Shown: positions 19,571 through 30,279, counted from the stretch's first letter. The stretch: 64,000 nucleotides of DNA from an uncultured Acidobacteriota bacterium (GCA_963770895.1 CAVYRF010000001.1:1472001-1536000); one strand, 5' to 3'. The notes: a model not told the origin generated them from the letters alone. Translations and numbers: made by a program.

Positions 19571-20149
19571 CAGATGGAGTCAGTTGACATGCTGGCGGTC
19601 GAGATCCGGCAGTATGTGAGTGGGCAGCTGCGGACCCTGGTGCCGCGTGTTCTTGGTCAGACCTCCGAGGCGCTGGGCAAGAAAGCAGGGAGTCCGCGTC
19701 CGGCGCGGCTATGAGACGAGGCTAGCTTCTTCACAGCGCTGAACGGCCGGCAGGGCCAGGGCGAGGAGGCGGTGGCGCGCCAGCTCCTCGCGTGGGCGCA
19801 CGCGAGAGGCTGCCGGGTCTGGTGGGGGAAGGGCGTGCAAGACGGCTCCTTCTTCCCGATGGTGGACCATAAGGGAGAGGTCTTTTGGACAATCTCGGTG
19901 TGGACGTACGGTCGAATCGAGATCCAGTTCCAGATGCTCTCGACGAAGCCCCCCTTGGAGGCAGAAACCAGGAGGGTGGAGCTTCTCAATCGCCTCAACG
20001 CTGCGCTCGCGGAGGCTGGAGTTGCAATCCCACGTGACGGGATAACAAGGCGACCGAGCATTCCCATGCAAGCCTTGGCGCGCCCCGGCACCATGGGGCG
20101 CTTTCTCGGAGTCCTTGACTGGCTGCTGTCGGAGATCCACACAGCCTGA
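19570..20149 (+). pseudogene. C-terminal part of a conserved hypothetical protein with an internal stop
   Basis: LAVEIRQYV..LRTLVPRVLGQT..*DEASFF..VWWGKG..WTYGRIEIQFQ in one frame; TGA at 19712-19714 probably replaces a Trp codon. Confidence 0.5.
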
Positions 20150-20430
20150 ACCCATTGTCTACCGACGACCGCACCTTAGCGGTTCAAGGTACCGACGGAG
20201 CCGCCCACCTCCCCGCTTGCCAGACCACCAGGGTCCCCGTTCCCAACACGCCCCCACCGACAGCGGCAAGGGCCTCGTGCCGTGCTGCCCCAGCCTTCTC
20301 GCCTACCGCGGCAGCGTCCTCTGCACCGACGTGCTGGAGCCGCACCCGGGTCCGCGTCAGACCGGGCGACCTACGACGGGGCGGGCTCTGACGCCGCAAA
20401 ACGCGGTAGGATAGGCGAGAGGCAAGCACT

Positions 20431-20679
20431 ATGAGCACCATTCATATCGAAGTACCGGACAGCGTCCTGCTCAGCACTGGTCAGTCGGAAGAAGAATTCG
20501 TGCGCGAGGCCAAGCTGCTGCTCGCGATCAAGCTGTTCGAGCTTGGTCGCCTGTCGTCGGGTAAAGCGGCAGAGCTCTGTAGCATGAACCGCGTGGACTT
20601 CATGCTCCTGGCCGCCCGGTCAGGCGTGCCACTGGCAGATCTCGATGCCACCGAGCGTGAGCGGGAATTCTGCGCTTGA
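20431..20679 (+). CDS. UPF0175-family antitoxin
   Basis: AIKLFELGRLSSGKAAELCSMNRVDF; overlaps the toxin start. Confidence 0.85.
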   Translation: MSTIHIEVPDSVLLSTGQSEEEFVREAKLLLAIKLFELGRLSSGKAAELCSMNRVDFMLLAARSGVPLADLDATEREREFCA

Positions 20680-21170
20680 AAAATGGCCCGTTGGTCTGCG
20701 ACTCCGGCCCCTTGATCGCCTTGGCAAGCGTCGCGCAACTTGATCTCTTGCCGGCGCTCTACCGTAGGGTGATCGTACCCGAAGCGGTCATCCAGGAAGT
20801 CTCGCAATCTGGCGCGGGTCGCGTAGGTGGTGCCGAGATAGCAGCGGCAAAATGGATCGAAGCTGTGCCATTCGAGCAGCGCACCTCTCATCCACTGCTG
20901 ACCGCCGAGTTGGGTAGCGGGGAAAGCGCGGTCCTTAACATTGCGCTGCTCCACCGCGCAGAGCTGGTTCTGATCGATGAGCGGCGAGCGCGACGCATCG
21001 CGGCACAGATCTTTGGCCTCTCGGTCAAAGGCACAGCCGGCATCCTTGTGGAGGCCAAGCGCAACGCTCTGGTCTCCAGGATTCGGCCCTTTCTCGAATC
21101 GATGGCGCAGAAGGGATACTACCTTTCCCCCCTCGTTGATCAAGGCCGCCTGCTCGGCAGCAGAGGAATA
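20676..21170 (+). CDS. DUF3368 PIN-domain toxin, +1 frameshift near the C-terminus
   Basis: VCDSGPLIAL, LGSGESA, LIDERRAR, GTAGIL; one extra C in the run at ~21127 relative to the paralogous remnant at 28787-28852. Confidence 0.8.
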
Positions 21171-21600
21171 GCTGTCAGCGCTATGACCTTGCGCGTGAGC
21201 TAAATTTTTCGATGCATCGAAAATTGAAGCTGCCGCGCAAGTAGCGCGAATCGGAGCGTGCTCCCACAGTCACGATGCACACGGATTTGGGGGGGACCCT
21301 GGGCCGATCAGGATTAGCTGCCAGGCCCGGCCGGCGACGCGTCGGTGATCGTGCCGCGAAACGTCTTCTTCACCTCGTGGATTCGCCGCAGCTCCCGGGC
21401 GTTCTTCAGCCCGAGCAGCACCAGCAGCTCGCGAGCCCGGTACACCGGCCGCGGCTCGCCCGGATCGATGCACGCGTCGTCGCTCGCGAACACCACCGCC
21501 TCGTCCAGCACCTCGCTCCACACCTCGACCACCAGGCCCGCACAAGCGAAGTCCGCCAGCTGCATCGCGCACGGATCGCCGGCGAGCAGCCCCGCGCCAG
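21105..21600. repeat. ~500-bp inverted repeat of ~28260-28852
   Basis: Reverse-complement similarity covering the toxin 3' end, the intergenic palindrome and the 3' half of the 'MDARDLL' gene. Confidence 0.85.
21206..21223. promoter_or_regulatory. Perfect 18-bp palindrome TTTTCGATGCATCGAAAA (copy at 28735-28752)
   Basis: AT-rich palindrome unchanged in two otherwise diverged copies; function unknown. Confidence 0.5.
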
Positions 21601-22862
21601 ACACCCCGAGGCTGGTTGGGTGAAGGTGTAAGCGGATGGATGCGCGAGACCTGCTGGCGGAGCTGGCGGCGCGCGGGGTCGAGGTCCGCGCGGCTGGCGA
21701 GGATTTGGAAATCCGGCCGGGTGGGGCGGTGCCTGCGGAGTTACTGGCGGGGTTGCGGGCGCGCAAGCCGGAGGTGCTGCGACGGCTGGCGCGGCCGGCG
21801 GTGGGCGACGCTCTGGGGGGAAGTGTCGGCGTGCAGTGCGTATTCCGGTCGAAGGCGACCACCGTTTCCGGTCGCAAGGCGACCACTGATTCCGACGGAA
21901 GGCGACCACCCATTCCAGTCTGAAGGCGACCACTTTTAGCCCTTGGCCCGGAAGGGTGGTCGCCATCCCCGGAAGGGTGGTCGCCTTCGATCGGAATCGA
22001 GATCGAGAAGGGCGGTGACAACAAGCGGCGGCTCCGTACCTCTGGCATGCTCGTCTCCATCGACGAAGGGAGCGAGATGCCGGCACGGAGAGTGAACGTG
22101 AGAAAGATTCGAGAGATGTTGCGATTGCTGTGGGTCTGCGGTCTGAGCCAGCGGCAGGTGGCGGACTGCTGCGGGATAGGCAAGACGACGGTTGTGGAGT
22201 GCGTGGCCCGTGCGCGCAGGAGCGGGCTGGACTGGTCCGTGGCGGCGGAGCTGGGCGAGGAGGCGCTGGAGCGTCGGCTCTACCCGGTGGTCGAGCAGGT
22301 GCCGGCGGCGCGACGGCCAGCGGTGGACTGGGCGGCCGTGCACAGCGAGCTCAAGGGCAAAGGGGTGACCCTGTCGCTGCTGTGGGAGGAGTACCGGGAG
22401 AGGGAGCCTCACGGCTACGGCTACAGCCGGTACTGCGAGCTGTACGGCCAGTGGCGGGGGCGGGTGGACCTGTCGATGCGCCAGGTGCATCGGGCTGGCG
22501 AGAAGCTGTTCGTCGACTACTGCGGCGCGACGGTGCCGGTGGTCGACGCCGGCACGGGAGAGGTGCACGCGGCGCAGATCTTCGTGGCGGTGTGGGGGGC
22601 GAGCAACTACACCTTCGCGGAGGCGACGTGGAGTCAGGGATTGGCGGACTGGATCGGCTCGCACGTGCGGGCTTTTGAGTTCGCCGGCGGCCTAACCGAA
22701 ATGGTGGTTCCCGATAACTTGAAGTCGGCGGTCAGCCGGCCGTGCCGGTACGAGCCGGAGCTGAACCCTACCTATCACGATTTGGCGTTGCACTACGGCG
22801 TGGCAGTGATGCCGGCGCGCGTGCGGCGGCCCCGCGACAAAGGCTGCGCTTCATACTGCACC

Positions 22863-24944
22863 TCATCCGTTGGAATCGGTGCGACTTGCGTGCCGCACCG
22901 TGGGCCGCAAGGGCTGCGGCTTGTGTTTGAATTTGATAGGCCGGTCGGCACCTGGAAGCTCAAAAAGGTGCTGGCCCTTGTCGTTGTATGCATGGGCCTT
23001 GAGCAGGCCCGCGCGGCGCCAGAGCTTGATCGTGCAGGGAGTGACGTTGAGCCGCTTGGCGATCTGCGTGATGTCCATCATACCCGCCGCCCGAAGACGA
23101 TCGTATCGGCTCCGGAGCTTGTATTCCAAGCGGATTCGATAGACGAATACCGGCTTGAAGTTCTTGCCACTGCCTGACCGGAAAGCTTGTTGGTTGAGGA
23201 TGGCTGCGATCTGTTTGTCGGTATGATGGTCGAGCAACCTGTCGATTTCCGCCACCACCTCCTTGCTGGTTTGAGAGATCTCCCAAACTCGCAACGCGGG
23301 CGGGAGGCCCAGTGTCGTGGTTGCGCCACCGCGGAAGCGAATCTGCGCCGTGATCTGTGTTCCTCTGCTGAGTGTTACATCTTCGATGAGAAGCCTGACC
23401 ATCCGTTTGCGGTCGCGATCCGTCGTCGTTGGCTCGTACCAGAGCTTCGTCAGATCCGTAGCGAGGGCGAGGATGCGCGAGCGTTGCGCTTCATCGATAA
23501 CTATTGTCTCGGCTTTCCGCCGTCGCTCATACTCTTCCTGAGCACTGGTGAGCGTCCGCAGCTTCCGGTTCCAGTCAGCCTCGAGTTCGTCAGCCACCAG
23601 ACGATTATCGGGATCGACCTGCATGAAACGCCGGCGTGCCAGGTCCGCCTCATAACGAGCGCGCTCGACCTGTCGAGACCATAGCCGCTCCGCTTCATCG
23701 GCGCGCGACTGAAGCTGCTGCTGAACCGTCAGCGTGGCCTCGAGAGCCATCGGCGTCATGGCTTCGACGAGGAGGCGCCCGACCGCCGCATCGATGTGGG
23801 TGCCCGAGATGCTCTGGCATAAGGGTTCGCCGCGCTCGATGCCTTGTCGCTGGCAGGTGTAGACAGTTAGGCGCTTGCCGTAGCTGTGGTTGTAACGGAC
23901 CGTCATCCGTTCACCGCAGACACCGCAGATCACCAAACCCTGGAGGAGTGCTGGCCCTTCTCGGGGAGGGCTCTTGCGGCGTTCGCTGCCTTGGGCTTGC
24001 GAGTTCTCGCGCAGGCGTCGCTGGTTTTCCTCGAACTCGTCCCAGGTGATGTAGCCTGGGTGCGAATCGCGGATGAGTGCGGTCCACTCCTCCCGCGGCA
24101 ACCTCTCAAACGTGCCGCTGCGATTCCCATAGTGGCGTTGTCGACTACGGCCAAAGAAGAAGGCTCCGGCAAATCGCGGATTGTGCAGCACCCAGAGGGC
24201 ACGGGAATGCTGCAGATCTCCCCAGATCACCTCACCTTTGGCCGGCCCCGTCCGCACGCGGTGAGGAAACCGGAGTCCCTGTGCGCGGAAGGCCTTCATC
24301 GTTCCGGTCGCCGAACCTGTGCGGCGGAAAATCTGGAAGAAGGTGCGGATCGTCTCCTGCACCTGCTTGTCAGGATCGAGAATAACGCGCTGTTGAGCGT
24401 CGTAACGGAAGCCAATGGGAAGTGGCGACTCAAGCTCGCCGCGGCGCGCCTTGTTGAGGATGCCGCCCCGTAGTCGCGCCCGCAGCACGTGCAGCTCCGC
24501 CTCGCTCATGGTGCCCTTGAGGCCAAGCAGAAGGCGGTCGTTGAAGTGCGCGGGGTCATAGACGCCATCTTCGTCGAGGATGAGCGTGTCGCTGAGCGCA
24601 GAGATCTCGAGGAGCCGATGCCAGTCGGAGGAGTTCCGCGCCAGCCGCGACACCTCGAGCCCCATCACGATTCCCGCGCGTCCCATGCCGACATCGGCGA
24701 CAAGTCTCTGGAAGCCGTCGCGTCGCTCCGCCGACGCGCCCGACTGCCCCTGGTCGCAGTCAATGATGATGATCTGCTCCTGGGCCCAACCTAGCGCTAC
24801 CGCTCGCTGCCTCAGGGCGTACTGGCGATCGGTACTTTCGGTGTTCTCGAAGACCTGTCGCAGCGTGGACTGCCGGATGTAGAGGTAGGCGTTTCGCTTA
24901 AGGTGTCGGGCCGTGACCTTCTGGTGCGCTTCGTTGCCCATCAT
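22863..24944 (-). CDS. Large serine recombinase (resolvase, recombinase, Zn-ribbon and coiled-coil domains)
   Basis: AYLYIRQST catalytic Ser; EVSRLAR; LQGLVICGVCGERM; VDPDNRLVA. Confidence 0.95.
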   Translation of the reverse strand: MMGNEAHQKVTARHLKRNAYLYIRQSTLRQVFENTESTDRQYALRQRAVALGWAQEQIIIIDCDQGQSGASAERRDGFQRLVADVGMGRAGIVMGLEVSRLARNSSDWHRLLEISALSDTLILDEDGVYDPAHFNDRLLLGLKGTMSEAELHVLRARLRGGILNKARRGELESPLPIGFRYDAQQRVILDPDKQVQETIRTFFQIFRRTGSATGTMKAFRAQGLRFPHRVRTGPAKGEVIWGDLQHSRALWVLHNPRFAGAFFFGRSRQRHYGNRSGTFERLPREEWTALIRDSHPGYITWDEFEENQRRLRENSQAQGSERRKSPPREGPALLQGLVICGVCGERMTVRYNHSYGKRLTVYTCQRQGIERGEPLCQSISGTHIDAAVGRLLVEAMTPMALEATLTVQQQLQSRADEAERLWSRQVERARYEADLARRRFMQVDPDNRLVADELEADWNRKLRTLTSAQEEYERRRKAETIVIDEAQRSRILALATDLTKLWYEPTTTDRDRKRMVRLLIEDVTLSRGTQITAQIRFRGGATTTLGLPPALRVWEISQTSKEVVAEIDRLLDHHTDKQIAAILNQQAFRSGSGKNFKPVFVYRIRLEYKLRSRYDRLRAAGMMDITQIAKRLNVTPCTIKLWRRAGLLKAHAYNDKGQHLFELPGADRPIKFKHKPQPLRPTVRHASRTDSNG

Positions 24945-25252
24945 GTCGTCACTCCTCTCGGGGCGTAAGCCGACAGAGCCATTTCGGCAAGGAGCATGGC
25001 CACTTCGACTCGGAAGTCCTGTGGCATGAAAGATGGCTCCGCGGCTGATCGCCGAGCCCCCGCCTCGGACGGCCTGATCAGCGCCGCGCACCTCTCCATC
25101 CAGGCGGCCATGCCACTGCGGATGAACAATCCCCATCCAACCTCACGACTTGACCCGGCAAGACGACCGAGCGCGCTACGCCGGAGATCCTCGTAGCCAG
25201 CGATCAGGGCATCTTGCGCTCCCGCCATGACAGAGTCGGACACGGAGGTCAC
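24941..25252 (-). CDS. Conserved small protein of the recombinase element
   Basis: YEDLR..GWGLFIRSGMAAW; 4-bp overlaps with both neighbours. Confidence 0.75.
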   Translation of the reverse strand: MTSVSDSVMAGAQDALIAGYEDLRRSALGRLAGSSREVGWGLFIRSGMAAWMERCAALIRPSEAGARRSAAEPSFMPQDFRVEVAMLLAEMALSAYAPRGVTT

Positions 25253-25716
25253 CGTCGTTTTTTTTCCAGCCGACGCAGCGCACGCTCGATGCTGCGGGGA
25301 TGAACCTCAACACCGAAGCGTTCCTTGACCAGGGGCACGAGCGCCGCCGCGGTGAGCGAGAGGTCGGCCCCCCGCTGCTCTTCAATAAAGGCCATCACGT
25401 CCGGGCTGAGCTTATGAGCCTCTCGCGGCCCGCGCCTGCGTGGCAAGAGGCCAGCGAGCCCGCCGTCGGCGAAGGCGTCGCGCGCCTTGTAGAACGAGGG
25501 CCGCGAGAAGCCGAAAGCCTCTGCCGCTTCGGCGACAGGCGCCTCGTCGACCTGCGCACGCCGGATCATCTCGTACTTGACCTGGAGAAGATCTCTTGGA
25601 TCGAAGAAGTCCGACCGTGCGAAGAGCTCGTCGGTGACGCGCTCCGGCCGCGGGTTGAGGGTCCGGCGCTCCCGCAAGGCGGCGAGCTTCGGATCGGAGG
25701 GCTTGCGGTCTGGCAT
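25249..25716 (-). CDS. Helix-turn-helix protein of the recombinase element
   Basis: FFDPRDLLQVKYEM..FGFSRPSFY..GLLPRRRGP..VHPRSIER. Confidence 0.85.
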   Translation of the reverse strand: MPDRKPSDPKLAALRERRTLNPRPERVTDELFARSDFFDPRDLLQVKYEMIRRAQVDEAPVAEAAEAFGFSRPSFYKARDAFADGGLAGLLPRRRGPREAHKLSPDVMAFIEEQRGADLSLTAAALVPLVKERFGVEVHPRSIERALRRLEKKRR

Positions 25717-25888
25717 CAGTGATCTCCAACATGTGTAAGAGGAATTATGCCGTCTATCTAGAGCACAGTCAAGCCCCCGCGACGCGCAACTACGTAATCT
25801 ACGGAGATTGCTGTGCTTTCTCTGGGCACGCCTATGCGTTTTGAAACCGAGTGCGGCGGCATAGTTCCCTTGACACTAGCGGCATAAT

Positions 25889-26198
25889 TTACTTTACTCT
25901 TGCTTCGTCTTTAAGTTGGGTAATGAGGTTAGCCAGCCGCAGGAGATCCTCCGTCCTGAACCGGCTCTGGCCGGCCGCCATCACCCGGAATGGGTCCAGC
26001 GGCGCAACGTTGGTCCATCCGATGGGCATGTGGTGAAGCCGGCCCTTATCATCGAGGAAGTAGACGCGATCCTCGCCCCACGCCTGCTTGTACTCCACCA
26101 GTTCGAACTCGCAACCAGACAAGGGATGGAACGGGTGTGTCACTCGAACAAGCGGCCGCACATCTGTTGAAGCTGCTGTAGTTGACTGCCTTCTCCAA
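25889..26198 (-). CDS. DUF5372 (Y4bD-like) protein, open to the element boundary
   Basis: [25 protein letters not shown]; no RBS+ATG in the integrated state (only a GTG at 26161). Confidence 0.75.
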
Positions 26199-26987
26199 GG
26201 CCAAAGTCGAGGTCGGCGTGCAGGTGGTCGAGCGCTGGATCCTGGCGCGTCTGCGGCGCCGGAAGTTCTTTTCTCTTGCTGAGCTCAACGAGGCGATTGG
26301 AATGCTTTTGATACGCTTGAACGAGCGTCAATTCCGCAAGCTTGAGGGCTCGCGCCGGTCGCTCTTTGAGAGCATGGAGCGGCCGGCTCTGCGGGCGCTG
26401 CCGGCGTCGGGCTTCAGCTACGCCGAGTGGAAAAAGGGGCGCGTCGTGGCGGACTACCACGTCGAAGTCGACGGCCACTATTACAGCGTGCCGTACCAGC
26501 TGGTGAGCCAGCAGCTGGACGTGCGGCTGAGCGCGAGAACGGTGGAGTTCTTCGCCAAGAGCAAGCGGGTGGCGAGCCATGTGCGCTGCTTTCGCCGGGG
26601 AGCCCACACGACGCAGCACGAGCACATGCCGCGGCCGCATCGGGCGTATGCGGAGTGGACGCCCGAGCGGCTGGTGCAGTGGTCGCAGACGACGGGGCCA
26701 TCGGTCGCCGGCCTGATCGAGCAGGTGATGTCGACGCGGGTGCACCCGCAGCATGGCTTCCGCTCGTGTTTGGGGATCTTGCGGCTCGGGCAGCGGTATG
26801 GCAACGAGCGGCTGGAAGCGGCGTGCCAGCTGGCGCTGGAGATCGAAGGCGCGTCGTTCCGCAGCGTGCGCTCCATCCTGCAGGGAGGGCTGGATCGGCA
26901 GATGGATCTGGCCGCCGAGTCGGCGCGGCGACCCCTCGTGCATGAGAACCTGCGCGGCGCTTCGTACTACGGCGGGGAGCAGAAGCC

Positions 26988-27740
26988 ATGCTGACCCATC
27001 CGACGCTCGACAAGCTCCAGGCCCTGCGGCTGACCGGCATGGCCAAGGGGCTCGAGGAGCAGCTGCAGATGACCGGCATCGACGAGCTTGGCTTCACCGA
27101 GCGCCTGGGGCTGCTGGTCGATCGCGAGATGACGGAGCGCGAGAACCGCCGGCTGAAGGACCGTCTCGCCAAGGCACGGCTGCGCCAGGCCGCCGCGGTC
27201 GAAGACGTGGACCTGCGCCTGCCGCGCGGTCTCGATCGGGCGCTGTTCCTGGCACTGTGCTCATGCCAGTGGATCACCCAACACCTTAACATTTTGATTA
27301 CGGGGAAAACCGGCACGGGGAAAAGCTTTCTGGCCTGTGCGCTGGCGCACAAAGCGTGCAGGGAAGGCTTCACCGCGCTGTATCACCGTGTGCCACGGCT
27401 GCTGTCCGAGCTTGCCACCGGCAAAGCGGACGGCCGGTACTCCAAGCTGCTGGCCAACCTTGCCCGGGCCGACGTCCTCGTGCTCGACGACCTCTGTCTG
27501 CATCCGTTCACCGACGCTCAGCGGCGTGATCTGCTGGAGATCCTCGAAGATCGCTACGGCAGGCGCTCGACGGTGGTGACGAGCCAGCTGCCGGTCGCCG
27601 CCTGGCACGATGCGATCGGCGACGCCACGCTGGCCGACGCCGTGCTCGACCGTCTGGTGCACAACGCCTACGAGCTGCCGCTTAAGGGCGAGTCGAAGCG
27701 CAAGGACAAGGCGCCGGCGCCGGCCCAGGGGCCGTCGTGA
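26988..27740 (+). CDS. istB: IS21 helper ATPase IstB
   Basis: Walker [32 protein letters not shown]. Confidence 0.95.
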   Translation: MLTHPTLDKLQALRLTGMAKGLEEQLQMTGIDELGFTERLGLLVDREMTERENRRLKDRLAKARLRQAAAVEDVDLRLPRGLDRALFLALCSCQWITQHLNILITGKTGTGKSFLACALAHKACREGFTALYHRVPRLLSELATGKADGRYSKLLANLARADVLVLDDLCLHPFTDAQRRDLLEILEDRYGRRSTVVTSQLPVAAWHDAIGDATLADAVLDRLVHNAYELPLKGESKRKDKAPAPAQGPS

Positions 27741-28923
27741 CGCGATCGCGGCGCGCCGTGGCGGCGCCTGGTGCCCCCCGCCCCCCCGCGAGCCCCAGCG
27801 CCTCGCCTATGGCGTCCGGCGAGACCTCGACAGCGGCCGGCCGCCGCCCGGCCGCCCCACCGCCCGGCCCGTCCCCCACCCACCCCCACCACCCCCCAAC
27901 GCACGCATGGGCTGTGGAAGGTGCCGCGGCTGATGGAAACCGCGGACCCAACGTGGGCCGCCCGCGTCGCTACGCTCCGCTGCCCCCGCCCGCCGCGGCC
28001 CCCGGTCCGCCGTTCCCACAGCCGCTTGGAAACCGGCTCCCGGCCCCCCACCACACCCGCCCTCCACCACCCGCCCTCGCCGGTTACCACGACCTTCCAC
28101 AACCCCGGCGACGAGGTCATATACACTGAAAAAGGACCACAGGAGAAGCCCAAGCCGACCACCTCAACCAACCATGAGCCTCCGCTCACCGCCTCGCTCC
28201 GACGGGTGGTCGCCTTCCGTCGGAATGGGTGGTCGCCTTCGCCGGAATCCGCAGCGTGCAGCGCGGAGCTCCTCGCCGGCGATCCGTGCGCGATGCAGCT
28301 GGCGGATTTCGCTCGTGCGGGCCTGGTCGTTGAGGTGTGGAGCGACGTGCTCGGCGAGGCGGTGGTGTTCGCAAGCGACGAACGCGTGCATCGACCCGGG
28401 CGAGCCGCGGCCGGTGTACCGGGCGTGCGAGCTGCTGGTGCTGCTCGGGCTCAGGGACGCTTGGGAGCTGCGGCGAATCCACGAGGTCAAGAGGACGTTT
28501 CGCGGCACGATCACCGACGCGTCGCCGGCCGGGCCTGGCGGCTAATCTTGATCGGCCCAGGGGCCCCCCCTAATCCGTTTGCATCGTGACTGTGGAAGGA
28601 GGCGCTGGAGATGCGCCAGACGGGCCGCGGCGGCGCGCGGGCGCGGGAATGACCTGTCGCTTGGTCGGTAAGCGGGCTCGATCGGCACCGCTCCGAGCAC
28701 GCTCCGATTCGCGCTATTTGCGCGGCAGCTTCAATTTTCGATGCATCGAAAAGTTTAGCTCACGCGCAAGATCATGGCGCTGACAGCTATTGCTCTGCCG
28801 CCGAGCAGGCGGCTTTGATCAGCGAGGAGGAAAGGTAGTATCCCTTTTGCGCGAGCGGGGGCTCGGGACGAGGTGATGCCGTTAAATCAAGCTTGAATTC
28901 TGCAAGCGCGATATGCTGAATCA

Positions 28924-29478
28924 ATGTCCCGGCAGAACAGGGAACTCGCGGCTTGGATGCGGTGCGCCCGGGTGGTTCGCTTGGTCAGTCCCACGTTGCT
29001 GGCCTGCGCGTTCCTCTACGTGGCCATCGTGGCCTTCTCGGAGGCGCGGAACCTACGGCTCCACCATGAGGCGACGGGTTGGCCTAGGGCGAAGGGCCTG
29101 ATCCTGCAGTCGAGCTTCCACTTTTCCCACTACCGCCACGCCCATTTTCGCAACTCTACGGCGCTTTACCATTTGGACCTGATCTATAGCTATCAGCTCG
29201 AGCCGGGCAGCAGCACGTACTACGAGAGCGAGGGCCTCTGCTTCGACGAAATCTACGAAGGGCTCTACGAGGCGCGGCGCATCGCCGCCCAATATCCAGT
29301 TGGCAGGGAGGTGCGGGTGGCGTACGATCCGCAGCACCCGACCAAATCCTGCCTCGAGCCGATGCGGTACGACCGGGGGCATGGGAGCCTCACGCTCGCC
29401 TTTCTCGCACTCGTCGCCGTAATCGCCCTGACCGCGGCGTTGTGGGTGTTGTGGCAGGCTTCGTCCAGGCGGACGTAA
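28924..29478 (+). CDS. DUF3592-like membrane protein
   Basis: Two TM segments flanking WPRAKGLILQS..YSYQ..YPVGREVRVAYDPQHP. Confidence 0.7.
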   Translation: MSRQNRELAAWMRCARVVRLVSPTLLACAFLYVAIVAFSEARNLRLHHEATGWPRAKGLILQSSFHFSHYRHAHFRNSTALYHLDLIYSYQLEPGSSTYYESEGLCFDEIYEGLYEARRIAAQYPVGREVRVAYDPQHPTKSCLEPMRYDRGHGSLTLAFLALVAVIALTAALWVLWQASSRRT

Positions 29479-29560
29479 CGGCCGCGTGCGCATTGCCGCG
29501 GGATTCCCGGCATGCCAGACGCAGGCATTGCTGGTGACTGCTGCCAGCCATCGGTCCGCG

Positions 29561-30035
29561 CTATTCCCCTACGAGCCTCAGAGCGCGATTCATTACTGAG
29601 TCGGACAGCTTGTCGAAGCGATTCGAGCAAAGGCCGAGCTGCGACAAGCTTTCCGTTTTTCTTGCCGAGCAACACGATCCCGAGCGTTCCTCGCACTGGT
29701 ATGCCAAGGGTCTGCGCACACCTCCGTGCCACAAGGTCATCGATGATGGCTTCCGAGCCGGGTTTGGCGGAGCACCAAGACAGAACCGAGGATTCGCCCG
29801 GACCAAGATCCCATGCCTGAACTTTAGGCGGCACGGCCGGGGCTGCCATGACCTGGAGCCAGGGAACGGAGGCTATCGCCTGCGCTGCTGGATCTCTGGC
29901 GCCACCATGCTGGATTTCATTCGCCACTGGTGCCGGGACCACTACCTCGGATGCGATGAGCCGCAGAAGATCCAGCTGGCCCGCTCGCGTCAAGAAGATG
30001 AGCGGTGAAGCGTTGACCGCGGGCCGTTCAGCCAC
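29561..30035 (-). CDS. DUF3368 PIN-domain toxin, frameshifted near the C-terminus
   Basis: NASPLIFL, DLGPGES, IIDDLVARRCA, RGTLGIVL; the natural tail LSDSVMNRALRLVGE* is in another frame. Confidence 0.8.
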
Positions 30036-30279
30036 GCTCCAGCTCGTGCTGCAAGTCGTCGAAGTCTACGACGAAGGCATCGACGCCTTCCCGCGCCAAC
30101 GCCATCAAGAAGTCGGTTCGATCCAAGCCCGCAACCTGGGCAGCTTTTTCCTGGGAGATCTGGCTACGCTGATACCAGTGGATCGCCGCCGCAAGCCGCA
30201 GCTCGCGGCCAAATTCGGCAGGCGAGCGGCGGAGGGCCGAAAACACGTCTTCTGGGAGTTCAAGGATAAGCGTTGTCAC
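30028..30279 (-). CDS. UPF0175-family antitoxin
   Basis: ELRLAAAIHWYQRSQISQEKAAQVAGLDRTDF; GAGGAG RBS. Confidence 0.85.
   Translation of the reverse strand: MTTLILELPEDVFSALRRSPAEFGRELRLAAAIHWYQRSQISQEKAAQVAGLDRTDFLMALAREGVDAFVVDFDDLQHELERG

Larger units (their letters stand above)
22838..26198 (-). mobile_element. Four-gene large-serine-recombinase element (y4bABCD-like)
   Basis: Bounded by a CAA core at 22838-22840 and 26196-26198; lower GC than the flanks; removing it restores the istA frame. Confidence 0.88.
22077..26994 (+). pseudogene. istA: IS21 transposase IstA, interrupted at RDK|AKVE (22840/26199)
   Basis: GEKLFVDY, VPDNLKSAV and RPRDK in the 5' part; [21 protein letters not shown] and [10 protein letters not shown] in the 3' part. 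Confidence 0.92.
21837..28253 (+). mobile_element. IS21-family element carrying a nested recombinase element
   Basis: TGCG..CGCA ends with multiple AAGGCGACCAC repeats; 8-bp target duplication GCGTGCAG (21829-21836, 28254-28261); empty site visible at ~36488. Confidence 0.95.
21636..28545 (+). pseudogene. Satellite-type hypothetical gene (TubC-N-like start) split by IS21
   Basis: MDARDLLAELAARGVEV.. up to 21836, resuming at 28254; an uninterrupted paralog starts at 36296. Confidence 0.75.

Noticed and set aside
21837-21990. Short repeats AAGGCGACCAC as a possible CRISPR array for the type III system
   Set aside because: Spacing of about 22 bp, mixed orientation and a match to the opposite IS end identify them as IS21 terminal repeats
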